This document shows, piece after piece, positions 51,191-62,991 of a stretch of 64,000 bases of DNA. The stretch is from Aulosira sp. ZfuVER01 (GTDB taxonomy: Bacteria > Cyanobacteriota > Cyanobacteriia > Cyanobacteriales > Nostocaceae). The notes below the pieces were generated by a model. It searched no databases and was not told where the DNA came from. It was given only the letters and a program-made list of their open reading frames with translations. The DNA lies in assembly GCA_034530615.2 (NCBI GenBank), contig JAVRCV020000015.1, positions 179,702-243,701 on the forward strand, written 5' to 3'. Made by a program: the position numbers and the translations under genes. Positions within the stretch are counted from its first letter, which is position 1, and every line of letters begins with the position of its first letter.

Positions 51191-54100
51191 TAATTCAACA
51201 TGCAGTAATCTTGGATGACTTTTACGTCCAAAGTAGTAGTTTGCAGAGAATGAATTGCTGCAACAGTGGCTTTTGCTCCTGCAATCGTGGTGATGATGGG
51301 AATTTTATAAGCCAAAGCTGTGCGCCGGATTAACCTAGCATCAGTCTGGGCTTCTTCTCCCGAAGGGGTGTTGATAATGAGTTGGATCTTCTGGTTTTTG
51401 ATGGCGTCTAGGACGTGAGGACGACCTTCGTGGAGCTTTAGCACTAACTCAACATCTAAGCCGTGTTCCTGAAGAACTTGGCGAGTGCCAAATGTAGCCA
51501 TCACCGTAAAGCCTAAGTCCATAAATTCTTTGACGACGTTAACCGCAGGTGCTTTATCGCGATCGCTCATCGATACAAAAACAGTTCCAGACAAGGGTAA
51601 TCTTTCCCCAGCACCGATTTCTGCCTTGGCAAAGGCGCGGCCAAAGTCGCTGTCAATCCCCATAACTTCCCCTGTGGAGCGCATTTCTGGCCCCAGTATG
51701 GTATCTGTACCGGGAAATTTATTAAATGGCAATACTGCTTCTTTGACGGCAATGTGGGAGGGAATGACTTCCTGAGTAAAGCCTAGCTCCTCTAAGGTTT
51801 TACCTGACATAATCAAAGAAGCAATTTTTGCCAACTGCACACCTGTTGCTTTAGAAACAAAGGGTACAGTCCGAGAAGCACGGGGGTTAGCTTCCAAGAT
51901 GTAAATTTGCGGAGAATAGCTACTAGCACCAACCACAGCAAACTGAATATTCATCAGCCCAATAACTGAAAGCGCCTGTGCTAGCTCTATCGTCCAAGTG
52001 CGAATTTGATTGAGGACTGCTGGTGGTAGAGAAATGGAAGGTAAAGTACAAGCTGAGTCACCAGAGTGAATCCCGGCTTGTTCGATGTGTTCCATAATAC
52101 CGCCAATTACTACCCGCCCAGTGTGGTCTGCGATCGCATCAACATCAACTTCGATGGCATTTTCCAAAAACTTATCAATCAAAATTGGATGATCTGGTTC
52201 TACCTGTACCGCAAAGGTCATGTAGCGTTCCAATTCTGCATCTGAATAGACGATTTCCATCGCCCTTCCTCCCAATACATAGCTAGGACGCACCACTACT
52301 GGATAGCCAATGCGTTTAGCAACAATCAGCGCGTCTTCGTAACTGCGGGCAATCCCATTCGGTGGTTGAGCAATATTCAATTGGTTGAGGATCTTTTCAA
52401 ACCGTTCTCGGTTTTCTGCCATATCTATAGAATCTGGCGATGTACCCCAAATTTTGGGGATGATAAATGGGGGATTTTCCCCAGTCTCTAGTCCCTGCAA
52501 ATACTGCTGTAAAGGTACTGCTAACTTCAGCGGTGTTTGTCCACCGAATTGGACAATTATGCCAACAGGATTTTCGGCTTCGATGATATTGAGTACGTCT
52601 TCTTTGGTTAACGGCTCAAAGTAAAGGCGATCGCTTGTGTCATAATCTGTGGAAACTGTCTCTGGGTTAGAGTTGACCATAATCGTCTCATAGCCTGCTC
52701 CTTTCAAAGCATAGGCAGCGTGACAACAGCAATAATCGAACTCAATCCCCTGGCCGATGCGGTTGGGACCACCACCCAAAATCATCACTTTTGGTTTGGT
52801 AGTGGGTAAAACCTCTGTTTCTTCTTCGTAGGTGGAATAGTAGTAAGGAGTAAATGCTTCAAATTCGGCGGCGCAGGTATCTACTGTTTTGTAAACAGGG
52901 ATGACTCCTAATTGTTTGCGGTAAGCTCGAACTTCGTCTTCGGTGGTTTTGGTAGCAAACGCAATTTGGCGATCGCTATATCCATCGCGTTTTACCTCAT
53001 ACATTTGCTCTTTTGTCAACTGCTTTAAAGGAGTGCGTTTTAGGAATTTCTCGACTTCTAGCAGTTGTTGCAATTTATCAAGGAACCAAGGGTCAATACC
53101 TGTAAGTTCATAAATTTCATCAGTAGTTAGCCCTGCTTGCATAGCATGACGCACTGCAAAAATGCGCTCTGGATTGGGTGTCCGCAACTGAGCGCGAATT
53201 TGTTCGCCACTGGGTAATTTCTCTGCTTTGTCGCAGCCCCAGCCTGCGCGTCCAGTTTCCAAAGAACGCAGTGCTTTTTGGAAGGATTCGTTAAATGTCC
53301 TACCAATCGACATCGCTTCCCCGACGGATTTCATCTGCGTTGTCAAAACTGGTTCGGAACCAGGAAATTTTTCAAAGGCGAAGCGGGGAACTTTGGTAAC
53401 TACGTAGTCAATTGTCGGTTCAAAGGATGCTGGAGTTTTCTTGGTAATATCGTTTTTAATTTCATCCAAGGTATAGCCGACAGCTAACTTAGCCGCCATC
53501 TTGGCGATTGGGAAACCAGTAGCTTTAGAAGCCAAGGCAGAACTGCGAGATACACGGGGGTTCATTTCAATCACAACCACATCCCCTGTGACCGGATTGA
53601 CGGCAAACTGAATATTAGAACCGCCAGTTTCCACACCAATCTCGCGGATGATTTTAATTGCCATATCCCGCAGCCGTTGATACTCTTTATCGGTGAGGGT
53701 TTGGGCAGGAGCAACAGTAATTGAGTCTCCGGTGTGGATGCCCATTGGGTCGAGGTTTTCGATGGAGCAGATAATGACCACGTTATCTGCTAGGTCGCGC
53801 ATGACTTCTAATTCGTACTCTTTCCAGCCGAGTAGAGATTGGTCGATGAGAATTTGGGAAACGGGGCTAGCATCGATACCCACCTGTGCCATTTCTTCAA
53901 ATTCTTCTTGGTTGTAGGCAATACCGCCGCCCGTACCACCCATTGTAAAAGCAGGACGAATAATTAGGGGATAGGTACCAATTTGGCGAGCGATCGCTCT
54001 AGATTCTTCTAAAGATGAGGCTGTACCACTAGGGCAAACATTCACCCCAATCTTGGCCATTGCATCATTGAAGAGTTTTCTGTCTTCAGCTTTTTCAATA

Positions 54101-54465
54101 GCTGGGAGTTTAGCACCAATTAGCTCAACGCCATACTGCTCTAAAACACCATTTTTCGCTAGAGCAACAGCAAGGTTGAGGGCGGTTTGTCCACCCATTG
54201 TTGGTAGTAGAGCATCAGGACGCTCTTTAGCGATGACTTTTGCGACCAATTCCGGTGTTAGCGGCTCAATATAAGTGCGATCGGCTGTCTCTGGGTCGGT
54301 CATGATGGTAGCTGGGTTGGAGTTCACCAACACCACTTCATAGCCTTCTTCCCGCAAAGCTTTACAGGCTTGAGTGCCAGAGTAGTCAAACTCACAGGCT
54401 TGTCCAATTACAATTGGGCCTGAGCCTAACAGCAGTATCTTCCGGAGGTCTTGACGGCGCGGCAT
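51190..54465 (-). CDS. carB: Carbamoyl-phosphate synthase large subunit
   Basis: [17 protein letters not shown], two ATP-grasp halves, MGS C-terminal domain. Confidence 0.99.
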   Translation of the reverse strand: MPRRQDLRKILLLGSGPIVIGQACEFDYSGTQACKALREEGYEVVLVNSNPATIMTDPETADRTYIEPLTPELVAKVIAKERPDALLPTMGGQTALNLAVALAKNGVLEQYGVELIGAKLPAIEKAEDRKLFNDAMAKIGVNVCPSGTASSLEESRAIARQIGTYPLIIRPAFTMGGTGGGIAYNQEEFEEMAQVGIDASPVSQILIDQSLLGWKEYELEVMRDLADNVVIICSIENLDPMGIHTGDSITVAPAQTLTDKEYQRLRDMAIKIIREIGVETGGSNIQFAVNPVTGDVVVIEMNPRVSRSSALASKATGFPIAKMAAKLAVGYTLDEIKNDITKKTPASFEPTIDYVVTKVPRFAFEKFPGSEPVLTTQMKSVGEAMSIGRTFNESFQKALRSLETGRAGWGCDKAEKLPSGEQIRAQLRTPNPERIFAVRHAMQAGLTTDEIYELTGIDPWFLDKLQQLLEVEKFLKRTPLKQLTKEQMYEVKRDGYSDRQIAFATKTTEDEVRAYRKQLGVIPVYKTVDTCAAEFEAFTPYYYSTYEEETEVLPTTKPKVMILGGGPNRIGQGIEFDYCCCHAAYALKGAGYETIMVNSNPETVSTDYDTSDRLYFEPLTKEDVLNIIEAENPVGIIVQFGGQTPLKLAVPLQQYLQGLETGENPPFIIPKIWGTSPDSIDMAENRERFEKILNQLNIAQPPNGIARSYEDALIVAKRIGYPVVVRPSYVLGGRAMEIVYSDAELERYMTFAVQVEPDHPILIDKFLENAIEVDVDAIADHTGRVVIGGIMEHIEQAGIHSGDSACTLPSISLPPAVLNQIRTWTIELAQALSVIGLMNIQFAVVGASSYSPQIYILEANPRASRTVPFVSKATGVQLAKIASLIMSGKTLEELGFTQEVIPSHIAVKEAVLPFNKFPGTDTILGPEMRSTGEVMGIDSDFGRAFAKAEIGAGERLPLSGTVFVSMSDRDKAPAVNVVKEFMDLGFTVMATFGTRQVLQEHGLDVELVLKLHEGRPHVLDAIKNQKIQLIINTPSGEEAQTDARLIRRTALAYKIPIITTIAGAKATVAAIHSLQTTTLDVKVIQDYCMLN

Positions 54466-54961
54466 AGTCTTTGGGATGGAGTAAGAGAATACAAATCCTG
54501 ATTATTTTAAGATTCTTTCTCCCTAGTCACGCTGTTTATTATTAAGTTTTCTAGGTTTGATGACAGGGAAGGGAGACAAGCAACTGAAGCGATACAAGAA
54601 TTACTTGGCGACTTTTTGATTTTTCTTACGTGCCAATTCTCTGCAATTTTCATCGGAGAATATGTAATTTTTTTGCAAATATGTGTTATTCAAGCAATTA
54701 TTTTTGCAAGTTTCTATCAATTTTGTACATAATATATAATCCAACGCTAACCTTAGATAGATAAAATTAGATAGAAATAATTCCTAATTAATTTATTGCC
54801 AAAAATTCTTAATATTAATTATTGTAGAAAATTATATACATTAATTAAAAATTGCAGAGATGTAGTAATACTACTCTCTGCTAAATTTTATATTTTTTTA
54901 AGACTAACTTCTGCTTACTTTTTATCCAGTCGAGAGCGACTTCATCTAAATGATGAGAAAG

Positions 54962-55516
54962 TTAGTTTTGAGCAGGTTGGACAAAACCTAAGGTTAAGCT
55001 ATCTTTAGCGAGGAAGTGAGACAAATGATAAGCTCGTTCTTCAGTTTTTAACAGGATTTTTTCGTAGAGATAGCGTGTACCACGGTCTCCCAAACTCTCT
55101 GCCTGAGCAGCTTGGCGACGAATCACGCCAATAATAGCTTGCTCTGCTGCTAAGTCATTTTCTACCATCTGGCGGGAAGAATATACGCCATCAGGCTCTT
55201 GTGTAAAACAAGTTAATTCGGCCAACTTGCTAAAGGTAGCTACTGGAACGCCACCCAGTCCATCCAAGCGCTCGCCAATGTCATGGATATGCTCTTGCAC
55301 TTCTTTGTAGCTGGCATTAAAAAACTCATGTAATGAGTAAAATTCTGCACCTTCAACTACAAAATGATGTTTTTGATACTGCAAAGAAAGTGCTTGAAAA
55401 CTAGCTAAAACAACGTTAAATCCTTCGGTAACTGGTGCGGTTACACTGTGATCTAACAACACAGGATTGTCATAAACATGACCAAAATTCCGTAACACAG
55501 TTGTGGTTTCAGACAT
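54962..55516 (-). CDS. dpsA: Dps family ferritin-like protein
   Basis: [27 protein letters not shown]; cyanobacterial DpsA type. Confidence 0.93.
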   Translation of the reverse strand: MSETTTVLRNFGHVYDNPVLLDHSVTAPVTEGFNVVLASFQALSLQYQKHHFVVEGAEFYSLHEFFNASYKEVQEHIHDIGERLDGLGGVPVATFSKLAELTCFTQEPDGVYSSRQMVENDLAAEQAIIGVIRRQAAQAESLGDRGTRYLYEKILLKTEERAYHLSHFLAKDSLTLGFVQPAQN

Positions 55517-55796
55517 TGTTCTCCTCGCTTTTTCTCAGTTAGGGTTTTAACTGCTGAGTCTCTACATATTAACATTCTAAAAATGAAACGCAATTCTAAT
55601 TAATTTCACTACTTTTAATTTTTTAGACATTAAAATTATTCAATTTAATTCTTATACTGAAGGGTTGCGTCCGGTGAGAAATCTGGACATCGGGCAATGG
55701 TCACTTGTCATGAGTTATTTTCCGCCTCATCTCCCTCATCTCCTTCATCTCGCTTGTCCTCCCCTGCCCCCTTTCGCCCTGTTAATGGAAGATGAT

Positions 55797-55856
55797 GGCA
55801 AATATTTGAGATTTTTATGCAAAATAAATGAGAATTCTTTGCACTTAGGTTATGCT
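55797..55856 (+). promoter_or_regulatory. Putative Fur-box-like array and -10 (TATGCT) between dpsA and the divergent operon
   Basis: GCAAATATTTGAGATTTTTATGCAAAATAAATGAGAATTCTTTGCA; TGAGA/TGCAA AT-rich motifs resembling cyanobacterial FurA sites. Confidence 0.5.
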
Positions 55857-55949
55857 GGTTTAAGAGGCTGAACTCCCAACAATGGGAAACAGCAAGTATT
55901 AAAAGCGTGGTAGTTACTGCAAGTTTGTTGCACTTTGAGGGTACATCTC

Positions 55950-56201
55950 TTGAAACCGTCTAGTTCAGAAGTAGAAAGCAAGCACATTTTAGAAGTTAAT
56001 TGGGCAGACCGCTGGCAAGTCTATCAACGCTTGCGGGAGTTAGAGATTCCCTGTTGGTGTGAGTCTAATCAGCCATTAAAAGTTGAAATTAGCAGTCCTA
56101 TGGCAGCTATTCAACTTTGGGGTTTGATGCGGCAATTTACACATACTCGTCAAGACCTAATTTGGAGTCTTGAGAAATGCTGGCAAAGTCGCTACCGCTG
56201 A
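55950..56201 (+). CDS. Asr1405/Asl0597-family small protein
   Basis: V.WADRWQVYQRL.ELEIPCWC...PL.V......IQLW; TTG start after GAGG. Confidence 0.8.
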   Translation: MKPSSSEVESKHILEVNWADRWQVYQRLRELEIPCWCESNQPLKVEISSPMAAIQLWGLMRQFTHTRQDLIWSLEKCWQSRYR

Positions 56202-56249
56202 GGCTATCTCGCTTAATAGTGTGTCCCAATAAACATATAGGTAAAAAAG

Positions 56250-56930
56250 ATGAGTGAATCCCACACTAAGGAAGTATCCGATTTTTGCCTTGAAGGCAGG
56301 TTTATGGACTTTGTCATCAAAGATGGTTATAAGCTCAAAGGCTTGCAGATATGGACTGCTGAAGGTGAATGCTATGTGAAACTGGCTAAACATTTACGGT
56401 TTGCTTTTGATTTACGCTTACCGCCAGGTACTTGGCTACAAGTTGTAGGTAAAAAGAAACATGAAGTCGCAACAGGTAAAGTGTCACTGAAGGCTGAACG
56501 TGTAATGGCAGCACGGGCAGATGTAGATAATGAAAGAATTACACAGATGGGTATCCCTTCACCTTTATCTCAACCACAGCAACCATCATCAATTAGTAAA
56601 GGTAATGCAAAATCAACTAAGGCTAAAAGCACGATTTTGGTGTGTCAAAAGTCTGATTGCATGAAACGCGGTGGTAAAGCAGTTTGTCAGGCCTTAGAAG
56701 CAGCTTTAAGCGATCACGGTTTAGAAGACCAAGTTACCATCAAAGGTACTGGTTGCATGAAAAACTGCAAAGCTGGCCCTAACCTAGTAATGCCAGATAA
56801 AACCCGCTACAGCCGCATTCAAGCTGGACAAGTTCCCGCACTCATGGATAAACATTTTGCAGACAACAGCGAAAAACACCACCCAGATCATCACAAGGAA
56901 ATAGTTATACCTTTAGCGATCAATAGCTAA
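56250..56930 (+). CDS. (2Fe-2S) thioredoxin-like ferredoxin domain protein
   Basis: ILVCQKSDC..RGG and TGCMKNCKAGPN; OB-like N-terminal half. Confidence 0.85.
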   Translation: MSESHTKEVSDFCLEGRFMDFVIKDGYKLKGLQIWTAEGECYVKLAKHLRFAFDLRLPPGTWLQVVGKKKHEVATGKVSLKAERVMAARADVDNERITQMGIPSPLSQPQQPSSISKGNAKSTKAKSTILVCQKSDCMKRGGKAVCQALEAALSDHGLEDQVTIKGTGCMKNCKAGPNLVMPDKTRYSRIQAGQVPALMDKHFADNSEKHHPDHHKEIVIPLAINS

Positions 56931-57340
56931 TTAAATAGCGACTCTTTAATGAGAAAATATAATAAGAAATTTTTTGTGTTCCCTTTTGATTCTCTGCTGT
57001 CAGTTTTTGCAAGATATTTGCAAAAATAATTGTTGACCGAGATTAATCATCATCGGCGAAGAAGTTCGTAGTCAAGACTTGAGTACTTACTACGTAATTT
57101 GCAAAATAGCTGAGGTAAAATTTTTAACAACTAATAAATAGAAATGCACACGATGAATCACCTGTGAGCATTTTTAGTTGCAAATCATGCCTAATCTTGA
57201 ACATCTCTCTTTTCCCAGAGTGATGGACAAGGAGTATAGCAATCAGATTTGATTTTGCTACGTGAACATCGCCTGCATGAAGTACAAAAAATGCAAGTGC
57301 GTTAATGTTCCTCAGTATTTTTCGGCATTTTTCTGATAAT

Positions 57341-58960
57341 TTATGGTTTTAACTTCCATAGAGATAGATTTTTCTTGAAAACTGAAGCTATCTCCCAGTT
57401 GTGTTCTTTTTTCAGGCTAGCTTGTAATTTTTCAGAAGCATTGAGGAAAAATAGATCACTAAAAGTATCCGGAATTTGTTGAATATTGGTTCCGGGAAAT
57501 AATTGAAATTTTGTTTGCGGTTCTAGAAGGTAACTTATAGATAATACATTTCCCCAACCCCAATCTTGATTGCATTCCGCACAAATAATTAACGAATTAG
57601 GAGATTGCTTAATAATGTTTACTATAGAAATATTATCTGTGTTATAAGCTTTATTCCACCAAGCTTTTTTGGGCAAAATAATCACAGATGATATTATTTG
57701 CATAAAAATTAAACCAACCAGCAATAGCCTCCACAAGTGCTTACGTATTGTTATATCTGGAGATAAGATAGTTTTTTGAGCAAATAAATAAGCTATGGCT
57801 AAATGGCATCCTAAATAAACGGGAATTGAGTATCTGGGATTAATGGAACGAATACCCCCAAAAATTATATCGGGTATGGCTTGAGTTAGTGCTGTCAATA
57901 AAATTAATATTAAAATAAAAGACCAAGTTGACTTAGGAGTTTTCCGATACAGGAAATAAATTGCATAAAATAATAAAATTACTAAGAGTCTAATGATTAA
58001 AAACCAGAGATTATTTTGTAGCTTGTTTGGGTAACTATACTCGGCTGTGATATCAAAAAAAATCCGCGCCCAGTGAATCTGCCATGCATCTACTAGATCA
58101 TGTAGCGGTAGGGTGTATTTTGCCCATTCTATCGTCTCTTGAACTTTTTCTGATTGAGTAATTATTAAAAATAACCAAGGAAGAAAAGATATTATTCCAG
58201 CTAATAATGCGCTCAGATAAGCAATCAATGTTTTCCTGGTTAGTATTCCTTGATTGACAGCTAGATAAATCCCTTGTCCAATTGCTACCACACTAAACAA
58301 TAAATGTGTGTAGAATCCCAGCACTAAACTTACAGAGTAAGTACTCCAACTTAGTTTTGTATTCAACCTCATTGCTCTAAGCAATGCAGCACTTGATAGC
58401 AAGATAGTTAGTGTATACAAACTATACATTCTTGCTTCTTGAGCATACACAAGATGAAATGGTGATACAGCTATAAAAGCAATTGCTACTAACCCGACAA
58501 TTTTTGATTGAAATAATTCCTGGCATAGCCAATAGAGAGTAGGAAAAATTAATAAACTTATAAAGGCAGAAAAACTTCTTGTGGCTGCAACTGTACTTCC
58601 AAAGCACTGCACCCACAAATTTGTAATCACAAAATATAGCGGTGGATGCTTTGGATCTTCTAGTGCTAAACCTTTAACAGTATCTATGATAGTTTTGCTA
58701 ACGCCAGGGCTTTGATATTTTTCTAATAAAGTTCCAGCAGTTAATATTTGACTCTTAACTACTTCCTGCATTAAATCTGCTTTTGTATGGCCATAAATTC
58801 TTAAATAAGTAAATGTTTCATCTGCCCAAGATATTTTTCCATCAAGATTAATAAATCTCAGAATAATACCTATGATTATCAAAAGGATAGTTAGCAGCTT
58901 GAAACTATTCAAGAATAAACGATCATTTTTTATTTGAATCGTTTTAGATGAGTTAGGCAT
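57341..58960 (-). CDS. GT-C / glycosyltransferase family 39 membrane protein
   Basis: W.DE, HPPLYF, SPFHL.YAQEARMYSL, multiple TM helices. Confidence 0.88.
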   Translation of the reverse strand: MPNSSKTIQIKNDRLFLNSFKLLTILLIIIGIILRFINLDGKISWADETFTYLRIYGHTKADLMQEVVKSQILTAGTLLEKYQSPGVSKTIIDTVKGLALEDPKHPPLYFVITNLWVQCFGSTVAATRSFSAFISLLIFPTLYWLCQELFQSKIVGLVAIAFIAVSPFHLVYAQEARMYSLYTLTILLSSAALLRAMRLNTKLSWSTYSVSLVLGFYTHLLFSVVAIGQGIYLAVNQGILTRKTLIAYLSALLAGIISFLPWLFLIITQSEKVQETIEWAKYTLPLHDLVDAWQIHWARIFFDITAEYSYPNKLQNNLWFLIIRLLVILLFYAIYFLYRKTPKSTWSFILILILLTALTQAIPDIIFGGIRSINPRYSIPVYLGCHLAIAYLFAQKTILSPDITIRKHLWRLLLVGLIFMQIISSVIILPKKAWWNKAYNTDNISIVNIIKQSPNSLIICAECNQDWGWGNVLSISYLLEPQTKFQLFPGTNIQQIPDTFSDLFFLNASEKLQASLKKEHNWEIASVFKKNLSLWKLKP

Positions 58961-59071
58961 GGAAGCAGAATATCATCATAAAATAATGATTTTCAGCTTA
59001 TCAGTTCTTGGAACCAAAGAGTAATGGAGATTGTCTACTTTACTAAAAAATCAAACTGTATATTTGCGTAA

Positions 59072-59866
59072 CTACATCGAATCGAGGCGACGACGTAGTT
59101 GGCTACTAAAAGCATCAATTACTGTTACAACTACCAGCAACACCAGCATCATGGTTGTAGCTTTGTTGTACTCAAAACCATCAATGTAACTTTTCAATTG
59201 AAAGCCAATTCCACCTGCGCCCACGACACCTAAGACAGAAGCAGCACGGATATTGTACTCAAACATCCATAAGGTATAACCTAATCCCAATGGCAGCACT
59301 TGGGGTAAAATTCCGTATTGGGCAATTTGCAACTTGGATGCTCCCATTACTTCTAAAGATTCTAGGGAACGAGCGTCAACTGCTTCAATCGCTTGTTGAT
59401 AGAATTTAGCCAAGTAACCAATGGTATAAATTCCCAAAGCTAAGGTTCCTGCGGGTGCGCCTAGTCCAGTGGCGGCGACAAAAATTAGACCAAGAATAAT
59501 CGAAGGAACAGAACGCACAGCGTTTTGCAGTAAATTTGCTAACCATTGCAACCATTTAGGCGCAACGTTGTTGGCGCTAGCAACTGCTATTGGCAAAGAA
59601 AGAATTGCGCCGATAGTGGTTCCCCAAAGGGACATCTGTACAGTTTCAATTAGTGCTTTAATTGCTATATCTAAAACCGCAGGATCTGGAGGGAACAACC
59701 TGGAGATGAAATCAGTGATGTAGGGCCAGCTGTTAGTAATTAAATTAAAATCGACTTTGAGTCCTTGTAACGCCCAACTATAAATTACAACTGTAATCAA
59801 TAGGATGATGAGAGGACTCACCCAAGGGTAGCGCCGGAAGAGATTTGAATTTAAAAAGCAATTCAT
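59072..59866 (-). CDS. phnE: Phosphonate-type ABC transporter permease
   Basis: RSVPS, FEYNIRAASVLGVVGAGGIG. Confidence 0.9.
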   Translation of the reverse strand: MNCFLNSNLFRRYPWVSPLIILLITVVIYSWALQGLKVDFNLITNSWPYITDFISRLFPPDPAVLDIAIKALIETVQMSLWGTTIGAILSLPIAVASANNVAPKWLQWLANLLQNAVRSVPSIILGLIFVAATGLGAPAGTLALGIYTIGYLAKFYQQAIEAVDARSLESLEVMGASKLQIAQYGILPQVLPLGLGYTLWMFEYNIRAASVLGVVGAGGIGFQLKSYIDGFEYNKATTMMLVLLVVVTVIDAFSSQLRRRLDSM

Positions 59867-59889
59867 CGTTTGTATTTGCGCTCAAAAGT

Positions 59890-60618
59890 TTACACTTGGG
59901 AAAATTTGGCTTGCAAGTTTTCACAAGGGCCATCGTAAACAATGTGTCCCTCATCAACAACGATCGCTCTTTGGGCATATTCTGCTGCTATTCCCAAATC
60001 ATGCAAAACTGCGATAATTGTCATGCCTTGCTGGGAGTGCAATTCTGATAAAGTCTGCATTACCTGTTGACACGCGATCACATCCAAACCGGTGATCGGT
60101 TCATCAGCTAAGAGAATTTGTGGTGATTGAATTAAAGCACGGGCGATCGCCACTCGCTGTTGTTGTCCACCGCTGAGTAGGCTGGTTTTTTGGTATGCTA
60201 GCTCCTTTAAACCCAACTGTTGCAACAACTCTAACGCCAAAAGGCGATCGCGTTTCGGAAATCCCAATAGAGTTTGCCAAGTTTTCTTACTACCAAGGCG
60301 TCCACATAGAACATTTTCGATGGCGGATAATTGCCGAATTAACCCGCCACCTTGAAACAACATCCCCACATCACGCCGTATTGCTGGTAGTGTGCGGGGA
60401 GCCAGTTTTACACCATTAATCTGAATTTCGCCTTTGACTAACGGTACTAATCCCACAAGCGATCGCAGTAGGGTAGATTTACCAGCACCATTGAGTCCCA
60501 GCAACACGACGAATTCACCTTGCTTAATCTGGCAATTTATGCCGTTGAGTATGGGGCGATTTAGAGAAGCAGCATAAGCTGTTTCTAAGTTGTGACACTC
60601 AATTAAGTAATCTCTCAT
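59890..60618 (-). CDS. phnC: Phosphonate-type ABC transporter ATPase
   Basis: GLNGAGKST, ENVL.GRLG, LSGGQQQRVAIARAL, LADEP. Confidence 0.88.
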   Translation of the reverse strand: MRDYLIECHNLETAYAASLNRPILNGINCQIKQGEFVVLLGLNGAGKSTLLRSLVGLVPLVKGEIQINGVKLAPRTLPAIRRDVGMLFQGGGLIRQLSAIENVLCGRLGSKKTWQTLLGFPKRDRLLALELLQQLGLKELAYQKTSLLSGGQQQRVAIARALIQSPQILLADEPITGLDVIACQQVMQTLSELHSQQGMTIIAVLHDLGIAAEYAQRAIVVDEGHIVYDGPCENLQAKFSQV

Positions 60619-60693
60619 CCCTACAATTCCAGTAACAGTTAACAGTTCTCAGTTAACAGTTCTCAGCTTGACTACTGACAACTGTCAACTTAA

Positions 60694-61668
60694 CTAAGGT
60701 GCAATACCAACACGTGTCAGTGCATCCCGGATGGGTGCTAAGTGACGATTGTGATCTACTCTTACCAACTCTGTGGAGTTATACAAGTTACGTAGCAGTT
60801 GGTTGTTCTGTGATTGATTTAACTTGAGTAGGGCGTTAATAATTTTTTCACGATCTTGTGCTGGAACGTCATCATCAATGGCGATACCGTGGGCTGGTAC
60901 GCCAGAAATTCTATGCAGCACCCGTAACTTGCTTTTTTCTTCAGAGGTAATATACGGTGGATTAAGTGCATATTCTGATACGACCGCTACATCTGCCTGA
61001 CCGCGGACAACAGCTTGCAATGCTTTCGCGTAATTGCCACCGTAGCTAATTTGTCCGAAGAAACCATCCAAGCGATCTTTATTCTGTACAAATCCTTGTT
61101 TTACCAATTCACCCACCGGGAAAATAAACCCTGAACCAGAAGTAGGAGAAGTAAACGCCATTCTCTTACCCCGCAGTTGTTCTAGAGTTGCTTTGGCGTT
61201 ATTTCTACTTTTTAAAGGGCTATTGCTGGGGACAACAAATACTGAGCTATACGTATATCTCCCCGAATAATTGTCACGCACTTCGGCTAGATGCAAGCGG
61301 GCATTTGCCAATTGTTCAGCTTTTAATGCTGGACGGCTACTCAAGAAAGCTACATCAGCTCTATTTGCTCTTAATGCTTCTACCGCAGCGGTATCATCGC
61401 CTACCTGTGCTTTGACTGGCATTCCTAGTTCTTTCGACAAAAATGCTGCTACAGCATTAGCCTTATTTTGCAAATCTGTAGAATCAGATCTAGTAGGAAG
61501 AATTATTGTTAAACTTGTCAGCTTTTTGGCAAGCAAAATCGGTGCTTGTTGATTAATCGGGGAATTAGCGCTTGTCGGCTGCATTTGCCCAAATGAACTC
61601 ACTGCCAAACCTGCGAGTGCTGCAAATGCAGCCCCAGCACTCAATAAGCCCTTTTTACTCACACTCAT
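60694..61668 (-). CDS. phnD: Phosphate/phosphite/phosphonate ABC transporter substrate-binding protein
   Basis: Signal peptide; AVEALR...ADVAF, Y.S.FVV, AFTSPTSGSGFIFP. Confidence 0.85.
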   Translation of the reverse strand: MSVSKKGLLSAGAAFAALAGLAVSSFGQMQPTSANSPINQQAPILLAKKLTSLTIILPTRSDSTDLQNKANAVAAFLSKELGMPVKAQVGDDTAAVEALRANRADVAFLSSRPALKAEQLANARLHLAEVRDNYSGRYTYSSVFVVPSNSPLKSRNNAKATLEQLRGKRMAFTSPTSGSGFIFPVGELVKQGFVQNKDRLDGFFGQISYGGNYAKALQAVVRGQADVAVVSEYALNPPYITSEEKSKLRVLHRISGVPAHGIAIDDDVPAQDREKIINALLKLNQSQNNQLLRNLYNSTELVRVDHNRHLAPIRDALTRVGIAP

Positions 61669-61988
61669 TGCTTACTCTCCATTGGGAACTATTCTCAAGA
61701 TTTTTGCAAATTAGTTGCAACTAGCTTGATATAAAAATCTAGAGCTTTTAAAAACAAAAGTCAATATGAGTTGCTTGAGAACTCGTTACACAAGCTATTA
61801 ATTGATTGGTGTGCAAGAAAATCGAGAAAATAATTGCAGTAGAGCCACTGCATATCATTAAGTCGTTAATTTTATATAAAAATAAATATAAAAATTAGGG
61901 CAGGCGATCGCTTTATTGCTTCTTTTAAGTGTGGTGTTTTAGGGTGAGTGCGATCGCTCTTAGCTAAAGTTTGAATACTTAAAAATAA

Positions 61989-62414
61989 ATGTCAAACAAT
62001 ACTCATTGGATATATGTAGCTTCTTTCTTCGCACTTAACTTTGTCGGCATGATTCTACTATTTCGCCATGACTGGAATCGCCTTGCCCAACTCTACCGCA
62101 CCCACGAATCACCACCAGCAAATATCTCATGGATGGAAAGTGGTTCTGTGGGTTTTATATATTACAAAGGAACTTTAAATGTAGGTATAACTCGTCAAGG
62201 ACTTTACTTGAGTATCTTTCCTTTGTTTCGCTTTGGGCTTCCGCCGTTGCTGATTCCTTGGAGTGCGATTAGGAAAATTGAACCAGCCAACCGTATGTTT
62301 GTGGAACGCTTTCGTTTGTATCTCAGTTCGCCAGAAATCAAGTTAATTCTGCGGAAAGATGTTTTGGAACCAGCTAAGGAATATCTAGCAGCACAGGGGT
62401 TTGAGTGGATTTAG
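61989..62414 (+). CDS. Hypothetical membrane-anchored protein
   Basis: N-terminal TM helix, W..LA..YR, GLYLS.FPLFR...PPLLIPW. Confidence 0.8.
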   Translation: MSNNTHWIYVASFFALNFVGMILLFRHDWNRLAQLYRTHESPPANISWMESGSVGFIYYKGTLNVGITRQGLYLSIFPLFRFGLPPLLIPWSAIRKIEPANRMFVERFRLYLSSPEIKLILRKDVLEPAKEYLAAQGFEWI

Positions 62415-62508
62415 CAGAATGAAGGTAAGAGAGCGATCGCATTTAATATAATTCGCATAGCGATCGCTCCCCTTGTTTATGGTGCTGACTGCAACTAATT
62501 CTGCGTTG

Positions 62509-62991
62509 CTAGAAGGCAAACTGTACGCCATACTTTGTGATGGCAATTTCAATGGCTTTTTCAATATCAGCAGGATTGGGTGGAGTTAAAAGACTGCGTT
62601 CTGCTTCACTCAATGGCAGGTTGACTGGCTGTCCGACTTCTGCAAAAAATAGCTCAGGGCCGGAGGGTGTAATCCAAGCCAAAATTTTTGCTGGTGTTGA
62701 GCTGATGTTCTTAAAAGCGTGGTTTTGATTTTTGTGAAAGTGGAGATACATTCCGGGAGTGGCGATGATAGTTTGGTCGTCAAGTTGGTACTCAACCTCA
62801 CCCTCAACAATATAGTGCGCTTCATCCGCTTCAGCATGATTGTGGGGTGGTGTAGAGCTTTGCGGTTGCAATACCATTTCCACTAGTCCATACTTTCCAT
62901 CTGTATCTTTCCCGGTATCGAGAAAGCTGTAGAAGTCACCCAGCACCAAATATGTGGAACCTTTACCTGGCTGAACTATTGTGGTTGTCAT
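62509..62991 (-). CDS. Cupin domain protein (quercetinase-like)
   Basis: PPHNH...DE.HYIVEGEV, H.FKN, P.G.E.FF. Confidence 0.88.
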   Translation of the reverse strand: MTTTIVQPGKGSTYLVLGDFYSFLDTGKDTDGKYGLVEMVLQPQSSTPPHNHAEADEAHYIVEGEVEYQLDDQTIIATPGMYLHFHKNQNHAFKNISSTPAKILAWITPSGPELFFAEVGQPVNLPLSEAERSLLTPPNPADIEKAIEIAITKYGVQFAF

